DNA of 64,000 nucleotides from sequence record SRR31156797_5325; one strand, 5' to 3'. Shown piece by piece: positions 10,684 to 19,070 of this stretch (position 1 is its first letter; each line of letters starts with the position of its first letter). The notes under the pieces were generated by a model. It saw only the letters and a program-made list of their open reading frames with translations, ran no database searches and was not told where the DNA came from. The position numbers and the translations under genes were made by a program.

Positions 10684-12144
10684 TTAGTTTGGAATTTCTA
10701 AAGTGATCGACGTTTGTTCTAATTCAAATGCCTCGTCTTCGGGTATGAGCACCATGCTGCCCGCGGGTCGCTGAGAAGTGGTCTTTTTCGCTTCAGGTGA
10801 TGAGGAGGCATTGCTCAAGCCATAGGAGCTCAATAAGCGAACCTTACCGCTTGCGGTGAGATAGTGGTTATCAGCCAAATACATTCGTTGCTGATCGAGA
10901 CGAGTAAAGTCAGCATCTTTCGGTAATTGCATAATGGCTCGACCATAAGCAGTCGTGGGCTGATACAAGCTCGACTTTGAAACCAGCTCTGGATACAAAC
11001 GGTGGCAAAACTCGAATTTCGATGTATCCATAATCACTTCATCGGGAAGAGAACGACCAGCACGACTTAACCCTTGCAACTGTGACTGATGGTACTCAGT
11101 ACCATTGATGCTATAGGTAGCAACTCGTGCTAAACCCGCGGCTTTTGAACGGGTGTAAATAGTGGACGCTTTTACAAAGCTTCGAATGTCGACATGCAAG
11201 CCACTGTTAGTACCAAGCGCATTGCGAACGGTCTTTGCTGAGTACTTATTCGATTTAGAACGTGAGCGTCTTCTTGCTTCGTAATCCGAAACCCAGTTAA
11301 TTGAGCGACTGTATTTCTGATATAGAACATCCGACTTAGCCGCCCTGCGAGCGACTTTTTTAACTTCATTAATCGACCTTGCGTCAGGCTCCCATACGTA
11401 GCCTAAATACACACTCGAGTTCACTTCACGCATTGATTTTAGGACTTTAAACTCTAATGAACTGTAGAAGTAACTTCCCTGTGGCAATACCGAAACCACC
11501 ATACGGTTCAGCTGAGCTAATTCAACTAAATCGGCATCTTCTTTGATTTCAATGTTCAGTTGCTGGCCTGGTAAACGGGTTTTCGCCCATTGTTCAAACA
11601 CATCAATCGCATAAGGTGCACGTTCATTAGTCAAGTTGCCATCTTTGTCTCGCACCACCAAGGTGTTCCAGTCTTTCCCTTTAACTCGAGAAATACGCAA
11701 GTTCTTACCATCACGGCGTCCTGTAGCTCGTCCACTGATACTGTCATGGTGCACAACCCAGTATCCGTCTCGAGTCATCATTACATCGATTTCAACGCCA
11801 TCAAATCCGCCCAGAGCGCCCATCAGAACCGATGTCAGAGAGTTTTCAGGGTAATTGTAATGACCACGGTGAGCATATACGTTAATTGGGCATTGTTCGG
11901 AGTTTAAGTAAGCCGGAGTTTGGCCCGCTGTCCAGTACAAGCCTCGCGAGTTAAGCGCATATTGAATGTCTTTCACTTCTTCTGGCGTGTAGTGGGACAT
12001 TTTTAACACGCGTCCTTCCGCTCCGAGTGGCAGTGCTTCTAACCCTGCCACCTCATCACTGTAATCAACGCTCTTATTGGCACAGCCTGCAAGAAATATT
12101 AAAGAAGCAATACAAAGTAGTTTGGTTATCCGTTTTCCCATCAT
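10684..12144 (-). CDS. Glycerophosphodiester phosphodiesterase (GDPD) family lipoprotein
   Basis: 486 aa; lipobox LAGC (Cys21); AHRG, PENSL, GVEIDV, VVHHD and NIEIK GDPD motifs; C-terminal extension. Confidence 0.85.
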   Translation of the reverse strand: MMGKRITKLLCIASLIFLAGCANKSVDYSDEVAGLEALPLGAEGRVLKMSHYTPEEVKDIQYALNSRGLYWTAGQTPAYLNSEQCPINVYAHRGHYNYPENSLTSVLMGALGGFDGVEIDVMMTRDGYWVVHHDSISGRATGRRDGKNLRISRVKGKDWNTLVVRDKDGNLTNERAPYAIDVFEQWAKTRLPGQQLNIEIKEDADLVELAQLNRMVVSVLPQGSYFYSSLEFKVLKSMREVNSSVYLGYVWEPDARSINEVKKVARRAAKSDVLYQKYSRSINWVSDYEARRRSRSKSNKYSAKTVRNALGTNSGLHVDIRSFVKASTIYTRSKAAGLARVATYSINGTEYHQSQLQGLSRAGRSLPDEVIMDTSKFEFCHRLYPELVSKSSLYQPTTAYGRAIMQLPKDADFTRLDQQRMYLADNHYLTASGKVRLLSSYGLSNASSSPEAKKTTSQRPAGSMVLIPEDEAFELEQTSITLEIPN

Positions 12145-12148
12145 TTCT

Positions 12149-12601
12149 CTAACCTTCCAGTGGTGTTACATGACGGTTCGCAGCATTGATTTGCGCCGAA
12201 ATATTTTGCTGCTGCTCTTCAACCTGTAGAGTTAGATTGGTACTGCTTCGCAAACCTCGCTCCCTCTCTTCAGCTTGGATACTCATTTCAGCCATGACTT
12301 GATTGAAATATTCGTGATGATGTGCCGAATCAATCAACAAACGTTGTAACGACTCGAAACGGGAGGCACTGGTATTTTTTACCTCGAGATATTGCTGTCC
12401 AAACTTCAGCAATTGACCGTATCCTTCACATAAGGGAGACATATTGCGAGTATTCACATTGCGGCCAGCGTTGTCGTTCCAGCGCACACGCAGGTTTTCC
12501 CAGTTCTCTTCGAAATGACTTTTAGCATAGGAAGTGTTTTCTTTTTCTTCCTCTAACTGCTTCAACTTTGTCCTGTAATAGCTAGGTTCAAATGAAGGCA
12601 T
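12149..12601 (-). CDS. Helical protein with WxD turn motif, extended WXG100-like
   Basis: 150 aa; heptad-rich; ENLRVRWNDNAG with W at about residue 40, where WXG100 proteins carry their W-x-G/D turn. Confidence 0.55.
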   Translation of the reverse strand: MPSFEPSYYRTKLKQLEEEKENTSYAKSHFEENWENLRVRWNDNAGRNVNTRNMSPLCEGYGQLLKFGQQYLEVKNTSASRFESLQRLLIDSAHHHEYFNQVMAEMSIQAEERERGLRSSTNLTLQVEEQQQNISAQINAANRHVTPLEG

Positions 12602-12623
12602 ATTTCTCGTATTCCATTATTGT

Positions 12624-13643
12624 TTAGCGGCTGAGTGGTTGGTCGTAGGCGATGAGCAGCGACACTTTGTCCTGTAGCGTGTATTTTAAACTGAACGCTT
12701 CGCCTTGAATCGACTCCTGTTGGCCTTCCACATCTCTCAAGTGCAAAAAGGATTGATGAACATCCGCATCCAGCTCTGCAACCACTTGGCTCTGTTGTTC
12801 ACAGGTTTGTTTAAACTGAGCCAGCAAATGCTTCACTTGATCAAGCAGTTCGAGACACTTTTGAGCCTGAGATTGACCATAATCAGCCTGGCGTTTGCCA
12901 TCAGTAGCGGTATCAACTGACTCAGCGGCCATCTCTGATGCCTTATTGGCATCAGCTTCTGCCAACTGAGTTCCATGCAATTGCTCGCGAGCTTGGTTAA
13001 GCTCGTTCCTCGCCGCTCTTTCTTCTGCTTGAGCGCGTTGTAGTGCATGACGAGCTCGAGACACGGCTGATTGTGCTCTGGCTACCGCTGCTTCTTCCAA
13101 ACTGGTGTCGGCAGGAACCGTAACGTATTGGTCTCGGCCTTTAGAATCGGTACCAACGTATTTTCTTTCCGTCCTTCTTCTGGCAATACTTAACGCGGTT
13201 TCAGCTCTAGATAGTTCGGATTCGGCGCTAGATAAGTCATTTTCGGCCACACGAGTCGCATGTTCACATTGCTGGAGGTATCGAATGGCTTGTGCCACCC
13301 AAGACTCAGCTAGCGTTTTTTGATGTTGCCAGAACTGGACCAACTCACCGGTTTTTTGCTGATAATCCTGACTATGACTGAGTGCTGTCTGAGCAACATC
13401 CACCTGTTCATTCGCCCTATGGGCACGGCTTAATGCATGCTCTTGAGCGCTGTTGCAATGTTTCACCAACGACTGATACAACTCTTCCACAGCACGAACA
13501 TCATTTTTCGCAAAACCGACGTAATCCTCAGTTAAGCGACTCATGGTTTGAACTTGATAAAGCAGTGAATTAACCAGCTCGACCTGAAAGTCCGTTTGAT
13601 AATCGAGCTCTTCTAACTGCGCGACTAACCATCTAGGCTGCAT
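12624..13643 (-). CDS. Long coiled-coil hairpin protein (elongated WXG100/LXG-like substrate or structural subunit)
   Basis: 339 aa; Ala/Gln/Glu-rich heptads interrupted centrally by RKYVGTDSKGRDQYVTVP; no signal peptide or TM; TGATG overlap with the upstream gene. Confidence 0.6.
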   Translation of the reverse strand: MQPRWLVAQLEELDYQTDFQVELVNSLLYQVQTMSRLTEDYVGFAKNDVRAVEELYQSLVKHCNSAQEHALSRAHRANEQVDVAQTALSHSQDYQQKTGELVQFWQHQKTLAESWVAQAIRYLQQCEHATRVAENDLSSAESELSRAETALSIARRRTERKYVGTDSKGRDQYVTVPADTSLEEAAVARAQSAVSRARHALQRAQAEERAARNELNQAREQLHGTQLAEADANKASEMAAESVDTATDGKRQADYGQSQAQKCLELLDQVKHLLAQFKQTCEQQSQVVAELDADVHQSFLHLRDVEGQQESIQGEAFSLKYTLQDKVSLLIAYDQPLSR

Positions 13644-13906
13644 CAGTCAACCTCCTGATTAATATCAAGACGAGACCGACATCGATCATTCAGATCGGTG
13701 ACCTTGGACACCAATTGCTCTGTTTGCGAAAACAAGTTAAGTAGCTCACTTTCGACATCATCAGCACCGATACCCAGATACTGCTCACGAAGCGCGGACC
13801 AACGGGCTTGCAGAGTATCCAGAGCATTTTCCAGTTGCCCCTGAGTTTGGTGGGAGCAACTGATTAGCTCGTTAAGAGCCTCATGAGCACGAAGGTGATC
13901 ACTCAT
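13643..13906 (-). CDS. WXG100/ESAT-6-like protein (YxG variant)
   Basis: 87 aa helix-turn-helix; Y43-L44-G45-I-G-A occupies the position of W43-G44-G45-S-G-S in ESAT-6. Confidence 0.65.
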   Translation of the reverse strand: MSDHLRAHEALNELISCSHQTQGQLENALDTLQARWSALREQYLGIGADDVESELLNLFSQTEQLVSKVTDLNDRCRSRLDINQEVD

Positions 13907-14168
13907 GTAAATAACTCCTTATTTGAGCTAACTTTTGTAGCAACTGTTCAGACATTTCATTGCAACGAACTTTAGAAATCACACCAGCTAAGTCTTCAAT
14001 TTCGACCAAGGTGCGTTCTAACTCGAGTTGTAATTCTTCATCAAGTTGAGGCAGAACAGATTCTGCCTCAGTTGCTAAAAAACCGATTTGTTTGCTCACG
14101 TGATTGCTGAATGTTTCCAGCTCAGCAATCAACAGTGGCAACTGTTCTTCAACAAAATCTAACGACAT
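13899..14168 (-). CDS. WXG100-like small helical protein (degenerate turn motif)
   Basis: 89 aa, acidic, amphipathic helices; C-terminal LLQKLAQIRSYL; starts 3 nt after the ATPase and overlaps the next gene by 8 nt. Confidence 0.55.
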   Translation of the reverse strand: MSLDFVEEQLPLLIAELETFSNHVSKQIGFLATEAESVLPQLDEELQLELERTLVEIEDLAGVISKVRCNEMSEQLLQKLAQIRSYLHE

Positions 14169-14171
14169 GCA

Positions 14172-17048
14172 TTAACCCCATTTAGCGTACAGTTCTACTA
14201 AATGAACCAGATTGCTGGTTAAGTTTTCCTGTTGCGTGTAGCAATAAGGCTTAAACTTCACTGGACGGTTTTGCATCTGATCAATATGAAGCGCATAAAT
14301 CGGCTTCTTACCATCTGCCTGCAGTTTCGCTGCATCACGAGTTTTTAACAGACGGAAGCTGTCTTCTTCAGACATCTGTAACGCGATTTTATGACGGAAG
14401 CTTTCAATTTCATTACGCTCAAACGCTTTCGCCACAGAACGTACGTTATCGAAACTTAAGATAATGTGGATACCGTAATCAGAGCCCTGCTCAAGCAGTG
14501 TGGCAAATTCAGCTCCACCCTCTTCAGCATGCACTCGCATTCCGTATGAATTGTCTTGTTTGGTCAGCTCTTTAACACGCTGCGCTTCATTGATCACAAT
14601 GAAGATAGACGGTTCAGATAACATATCTTCTTCATCCATCGAGCGGCGCTTTTCAAACTCAGACATGATTTGAGCCAGGTGAGGTTCAAATGATTTGTAG
14701 TTTTCAGAAATGGTCGCTTGGTTACCCAACGCTTGTTCATTCGCTGTCGACATCACACCATACCATTGAGAGCCTTTGATACTGCGATCTAAGATGTGCA
14801 GTTGGTAACCTTGCGATGAAGCGTTAACCCCCATCTGCGCCACCATGTAACCTAACATCCCGCTGCGAGCTTCATTACTGTCGCCCACAATCAGCATATG
14901 CTCGTGAGAACGACGGCGCAGAATAACCTTTGCTTGACCATGAATGTTCATCTCTTTACCTAGCCAAAACACCGACGGTCTTTCAACTGGATACCACTCA
15001 TTCTCACCCAAACCACCTAAATGTTGAGGGCTATTCGCGTATTGGATCCACTGATCCTCATTCGGACGCTGCTGATGTTGTTCAAATAGCGTATGTAGCT
15101 GAACGTTATCCTGAAGTTGAGGCTGTTCAGAACCATCCAGCAGAACCGTGTGGCTTAAACCACCTTGGTTATGCCACTTCTCAACCAGTTGTTCCAGTAA
15201 GTCATGACGCTGTTTCTCATCAATGTAAGCGACACGGCCAGTATCGCAAGGCACTTCGTCAACACCGCCGTTATGGCTGATAACCACTTGCCCCGTTTCC
15301 GTACAACCACGAATCAACTGTTTACCTTTAGAACCAAACTCTTGTAGCGCGGTAATTTCTTCGCCACTCATTTTCATCGCAACACGCAAGTTGATGTTAC
15401 TGAACGTTGCTTGTGGCTGTGACATTCCCGGCACAACGAACTTCTGAGAGCCAACAAACATGTGAATACCCGCGCTTCGGCTTTGCGAAGCAATGCTGAT
15501 CATCAGTTGAGAGCCTAAGCCCGTCTTATCATCTTCAAACAGCGTTTGGTACTCATCGATAATGAGCATCAATCGTGGCAGTTTACCGTTCGGTGAACCC
15601 GCTTTTCGGTAACTAATAAAGTCAGAGAAGCCAAGATCTTTAAACATGTCATTGCGACGGTTCATCTCATCCAACAGCTCTTGCAGCACGCTTCGCGCCA
15701 GTTGAGGGCTGGTATTAAGAGAAACCACACGTGCATGCGGCAGTTTAGGATAGTTTTGGAACTCCACCCCTTGTTTACCATCAATGAGATAGAACTGCAG
15801 ATCATCAGGGCTGTATCGACTTGCCATCGAAAGAATAACTGCATGGTACAAGTTCGACTTACCCGCACCTGTCATTGCCGCTAACATACCGTGAGAAGAT
15901 GGCTGCTTGTTACGTTCACCAAACCACAAGTCGAGATCGTTCTTGCGACTTCCTGAACCGCCAATCGGAGCTGAAATCACCTCTGTCGCGCTCTCTTGCC
16001 ACCACATTTCTGGGTTGGTTTCGATAACATCGGCAAAGCCCAGTTTAGTCTCTTTCGGTTTGGCTCTGCTCAACCCTTCAAGAATGGAGTTAATGGTCTC
16101 TGGAGTAAGATTGCTATCGCGGTAACCTTTACCCAAGTTCCAAACCGCTTGGTTTTTATTTTCATAAATATGCCGTAAGTCTGGGAACAAGGTTTTCAGG
16201 CTAAGCCCATTAGGAAGCTCTGCTTGCGAATCCAGATCAAGCAGTAACATCTTACCCACTTTAGGTCCGGTACTCGCAATCTTAGCTAACAGTTCAATCG
16301 AGCGGCGATCATAAGCCTGAGGAAAATCCTTAGCGACAATCAACTCGAATTTAGCGTTACCTAAAATGTCTTCATCTACGTCAACTAAGCGCTGGATATT
16401 GTTATCCAAATAGCTGTTTTGAATTCGAACAATATCAGTCAGGATTTCTTCCAACACACGAGATACGTCATTATCCACCATACGTTTAGCAGGTAAACGC
16501 TTAGTATATGGGAAGCTTTGCCCCATCTTAATCGGGTCTAATAAAGTAAACTGAGAAGAGTAAGGCAGCATTACCGCGAGACGGAATACAATGATATTAA
16601 TCAGTTCAACGGATTTATCGTTTTGGGTAATACAATAGCAGTGATCCGCGCCATAAAACGGAACTTCTTTAGGTGCAAGAAATTCGTACTCACCTAAAGG
16701 GCCAAAATCATGATTGATCGCTTCGAAGCCAATCACCAGATTGCGTGGTAAGTAGTTGTGGTCAAACGCATAGTCATCCCAGTTAAAATCATTCAACATT
16801 GGTTGCAGTGGGCCGGGGATTCGCGCCTGTATTGCTTTCAATTTCGCGACCGCTTGTTTCGCTTGCTCTGTCTGCTCACTTGCTGAATTTTGAGCCTTTT
16901 GTAATGCGTTTGGCAACACACTCTCAGACAAAACCTTAATCGCTTGGTTATTAACTTCTTTTTGCGAGTTAATAAGAGGGCGCAACTCTTCGTGGCGCTC
17001 AATCCGCTGCTGAGCCGCCTGATTCAAATCTACATCTTGTTCAAACAT
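14172..17048 (-). CDS. FtsK/SpoIIIE-domain ATPase, EccC/EssC-like (one intact and two degenerate P-loop domains)
   Basis: 958 aa; HGMLAAMTGAGKS (Walker A, 15855-15878), YLIDGKQGVEF, LPHARVV, RLMLIIDEYQ (Walker B), SRSAGIH..SQ (Arg finger); degenerate C-terminal repeat HMLIVGDSNEARS / IFIVINEAQ / GSDYGIHII. Confidence 0.85.
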   Translation of the reverse strand: MFEQDVDLNQAAQQRIERHEELRPLINSQKEVNNQAIKVLSESVLPNALQKAQNSASEQTEQAKQAVAKLKAIQARIPGPLQPMLNDFNWDDYAFDHNYLPRNLVIGFEAINHDFGPLGEYEFLAPKEVPFYGADHCYCITQNDKSVELINIIVFRLAVMLPYSSQFTLLDPIKMGQSFPYTKRLPAKRMVDNDVSRVLEEILTDIVRIQNSYLDNNIQRLVDVDEDILGNAKFELIVAKDFPQAYDRRSIELLAKIASTGPKVGKMLLLDLDSQAELPNGLSLKTLFPDLRHIYENKNQAVWNLGKGYRDSNLTPETINSILEGLSRAKPKETKLGFADVIETNPEMWWQESATEVISAPIGGSGSRKNDLDLWFGERNKQPSSHGMLAAMTGAGKSNLYHAVILSMASRYSPDDLQFYLIDGKQGVEFQNYPKLPHARVVSLNTSPQLARSVLQELLDEMNRRNDMFKDLGFSDFISYRKAGSPNGKLPRLMLIIDEYQTLFEDDKTGLGSQLMISIASQSRSAGIHMFVGSQKFVVPGMSQPQATFSNINLRVAMKMSGEEITALQEFGSKGKQLIRGCTETGQVVISHNGGVDEVPCDTGRVAYIDEKQRHDLLEQLVEKWHNQGGLSHTVLLDGSEQPQLQDNVQLHTLFEQHQQRPNEDQWIQYANSPQHLGGLGENEWYPVERPSVFWLGKEMNIHGQAKVILRRRSHEHMLIVGDSNEARSGMLGYMVAQMGVNASSQGYQLHILDRSIKGSQWYGVMSTANEQALGNQATISENYKSFEPHLAQIMSEFEKRRSMDEEDMLSEPSIFIVINEAQRVKELTKQDNSYGMRVHAEEGGAEFATLLEQGSDYGIHIILSFDNVRSVAKAFERNEIESFRHKIALQMSEEDSFRLLKTRDAAKLQADGKKPIYALHIDQMQNRPVKFKPYCYTQQENLTSNLVHLVELYAKWG

Positions 17049-17059
17049 CTTTTAAAACC

Positions 17060-17698
17060 TTAAACCATCTGACTTTTCAGGAAACCCACTAAAAGAAGGA
17101 CGAAACCTCCTGTCCAAATGAGCTTTTTCTGCAAACTCTTACGACGAAGTGCTGCGGCCTTTTCAGCCTCTTCAGCACGTTGCTTTTCGATGCGGGCTTG
17201 CTCTTGGCGCTCTTTCTCTTGTTGTTCCAGAACACTTTTACGCTGATAGAAAGCCTCTTCTGAACTACGAAGTTTAGAGAAGGTTTGTTTAATGTCTTTT
17301 GCTTGCAACTGGGTACTTAGCCGAATTTTTTCCAATTCATCGGCAATAGAGGAGTCAAGATGATATGAGTTGGTAATCGAGGAGAGTTTTTCAATATTCT
17401 TAAAATTAGCATCGAACAAAGATGATGCTTTACGCTCTGCGTCAACCTGCTGTTTTGAAACCTGATTAACGAGGGATTCTGACAACATCGATCCATGGTT
17501 ATCAATGTATTGATTGATTTTCGCCACATCGGCTTTCAATGTATCAATACGTTTCTGAATCTCTTTCTCTACATCTGTGATTTGTTGGCCTTTCTGTTTC
17601 ACTCCTTGTGCGGCGTTAGCACACTCATCATGGAGTGGCAAAAAGGCATGTTTGAATTCTTCGATAGACCCGAAGTGGTTTAAGCCATTTTCTTGCAT
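17060..17698 (-). CDS. Coiled-coil protein with a C-terminal transmembrane anchor; first gene of the FtsK/WXG100 operon
   Basis: 212 aa; heptad and charged-helix content; ends KKLIWTGGFVLLLVGFLKSQMV; AGGA RBS. Confidence 0.7.
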   Translation of the reverse strand: MQENGLNHFGSIEEFKHAFLPLHDECANAAQGVKQKGQQITDVEKEIQKRIDTLKADVAKINQYIDNHGSMLSESLVNQVSKQQVDAERKASSLFDANFKNIEKLSSITNSYHLDSSIADELEKIRLSTQLQAKDIKQTFSKLRSSEEAFYQRKSVLEQQEKERQEQARIEKQRAEEAEKAAALRRKSLQKKLIWTGGFVLLLVGFLKSQMV

Positions 17699-17890
17699 CG
17701 TTATCCTAACTAACTTGAAAAGGTTGATATTATTTTTACTGTTTTTTTTGTTCCCTACTCATTGACCCAGAGAGGATGTACCTAAAGTCTATCGTCTACG
17801 TTGTAGGTAAAAATGAAGCTACCATGTAGGTCTTTTCGGTTCAATGACACACGAACCGTCCTACAGAGTTACATTCTGTTTAACTAAGAT

Positions 17891-17912
17891 ATATGTGAAC
17901 TCAAACACATAT
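17891..17912. promoter_or_regulatory. CRP-like palindrome upstream of the FtsK/WXG100 operon
   Basis: ATATGTG-aactcaaa-CACATAT (TGTGA-N6-ACACA), about 200 bp upstream of the first ATG. Confidence 0.45.
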
Positions 17913-18089
17913 TTTTGTGACTCGGGTTCAGATGTTGAGGGAGAAAGACTGCAATTTGTATTGAGAAAGAGAGGTTGGCGAGGTTATCAGCAAAATAATA
18001 GAAAAATTTGGCGCGCAATCATTCTAGGTACAAGTACCTAGAATGTGGATAAAGGCAAGATTAAAAAGTTTTGCGTTTGTGGCAAGAGA

Positions 18090-18446
18090 TCAAAAAGGCT
18101 TTGGAGCAAAACCTGTCATCACTTCTAGGCGCATGGCTTTACCAATTTTTGTCATTGGGTGAACCACAACCAAGCCTTTCACTTTTTTCTTCAGCTTACC
18201 TAAATCAGCTTGTTCTGCTTTGGTGATTTCGCGAGAGAAAGCCATATCCGATAAATCTTTACGTTCTTTATTAAGATCGTATTCAGCTTTGTGTTTCAAG
18301 CTTTTTAACTGTTTGGTCAGTCTTTCAATGTCATCGGTAAATTTAGTGATCATTGCACTATCACCGCGAGTCTTTGCTGCATCCAACTTGTGACGACAAG
18401 TATCGATGCGATTGTTAAGTTGTTGGATGTCGTTCTTCAGACTCAT
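18090..18446 (-). CDS. yibL: YibL family ribosome-associated protein
   Basis: 118 aa; FSREITKAEQADLGKLKK..GLVVVHPMTKIG signature. Confidence 0.85.
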   Translation of the reverse strand: MSLKNDIQQLNNRIDTCRHKLDAAKTRGDSAMITKFTDDIERLTKQLKSLKHKAEYDLNKERKDLSDMAFSREITKAEQADLGKLKKKVKGLVVVHPMTKIGKAMRLEVMTGFAPKPF

Positions 18447-18566
18447 CTGGTTTAGTCCTTACTAATAAATTTTGGAGGCGGAGTATAGCATAGCTGCTCT
18501 ATGACACCCTATCGAAAATATTGGCGAACAAACTGCCATAACGCCGATTTTTTTGGTGTTTTATGA

Positions 18567-19052
18567 CTATTGTTCACCAACCAGAACTTTGCGTAATAAT
18601 TTGGCCAACTGATCTTGCTCTTTGTCCGTTAACACACTGAGCATGTTGTCTAAATTCGCCACATGCTCACCGACTGCGGCATCAATCATTTCAACGCCAG
18701 CTGGGGTGAGTATCACTTTACAACTTCTGCGATCTTGTTCGCTAGAGACTCGCTCTACCCAACCCTGTTTAACTAGTTGCTCTAAACGCGTACTCACGGC
18801 TCCAGAAGAGAGCATCAATGTTTTATACAACTCAGTGGGTGTTACCCCAGTAGGATCACTTCGGCGCATAGTGGCTAGTATATCAAACTCAACACTGCTC
18901 AACCCATGTTGTTTAAACACCTCTGCCATTTTACCCTGCCAAAGGTTACTGGTTCGTCGCAGCCTACCCACAACTCCCATAGAAGAACAATCCAATTCTG
19001 GCCTGACACTTTTCCATTGCGCCAGAATGGCATCCACACTGTCCGATGACAT
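18567..19052 (-). CDS. pecS: MarR family repressor, PecS/UrtR subfamily
   Basis: 161 aa; N-terminal D-x-VD-x-I-xx-QW-xxx-RP-x-LD helix, EFDILATMRR, DRRS wing; divergent from an EamA/PecM gene. Confidence 0.8.
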   Translation of the reverse strand: MSSDSVDAILAQWKSVRPELDCSSMGVVGRLRRTSNLWQGKMAEVFKQHGLSSVEFDILATMRRSDPTGVTPTELYKTLMLSSGAVSTRLEQLVKQGWVERVSSEQDRRSCKVILTPAGVEMIDAAVGEHVANLDNMLSVLTDKEQDQLAKLLRKVLVGEQ

Positions 19053-19070
19053 ATTTATCTCCTGAGTAAA

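Noticed and set aside
14172-17048. Cell-division FtsK, conjugative coupling protein or HerA defence ATPase
   Set aside because: No N-terminal TM block or gamma domain, no relaxase or T4SS genes, no partner nuclease or Sir2; the neighbours are WXG100-like
17844-18041. 65-aa ORF upstream of the FtsK/WXG100 operon
   Set aside because: No clear RBS or motif; it overlaps probable promoter sequence
18622-19065. 147-aa plus-strand ORF
   Set aside because: Antisense shadow of pecS
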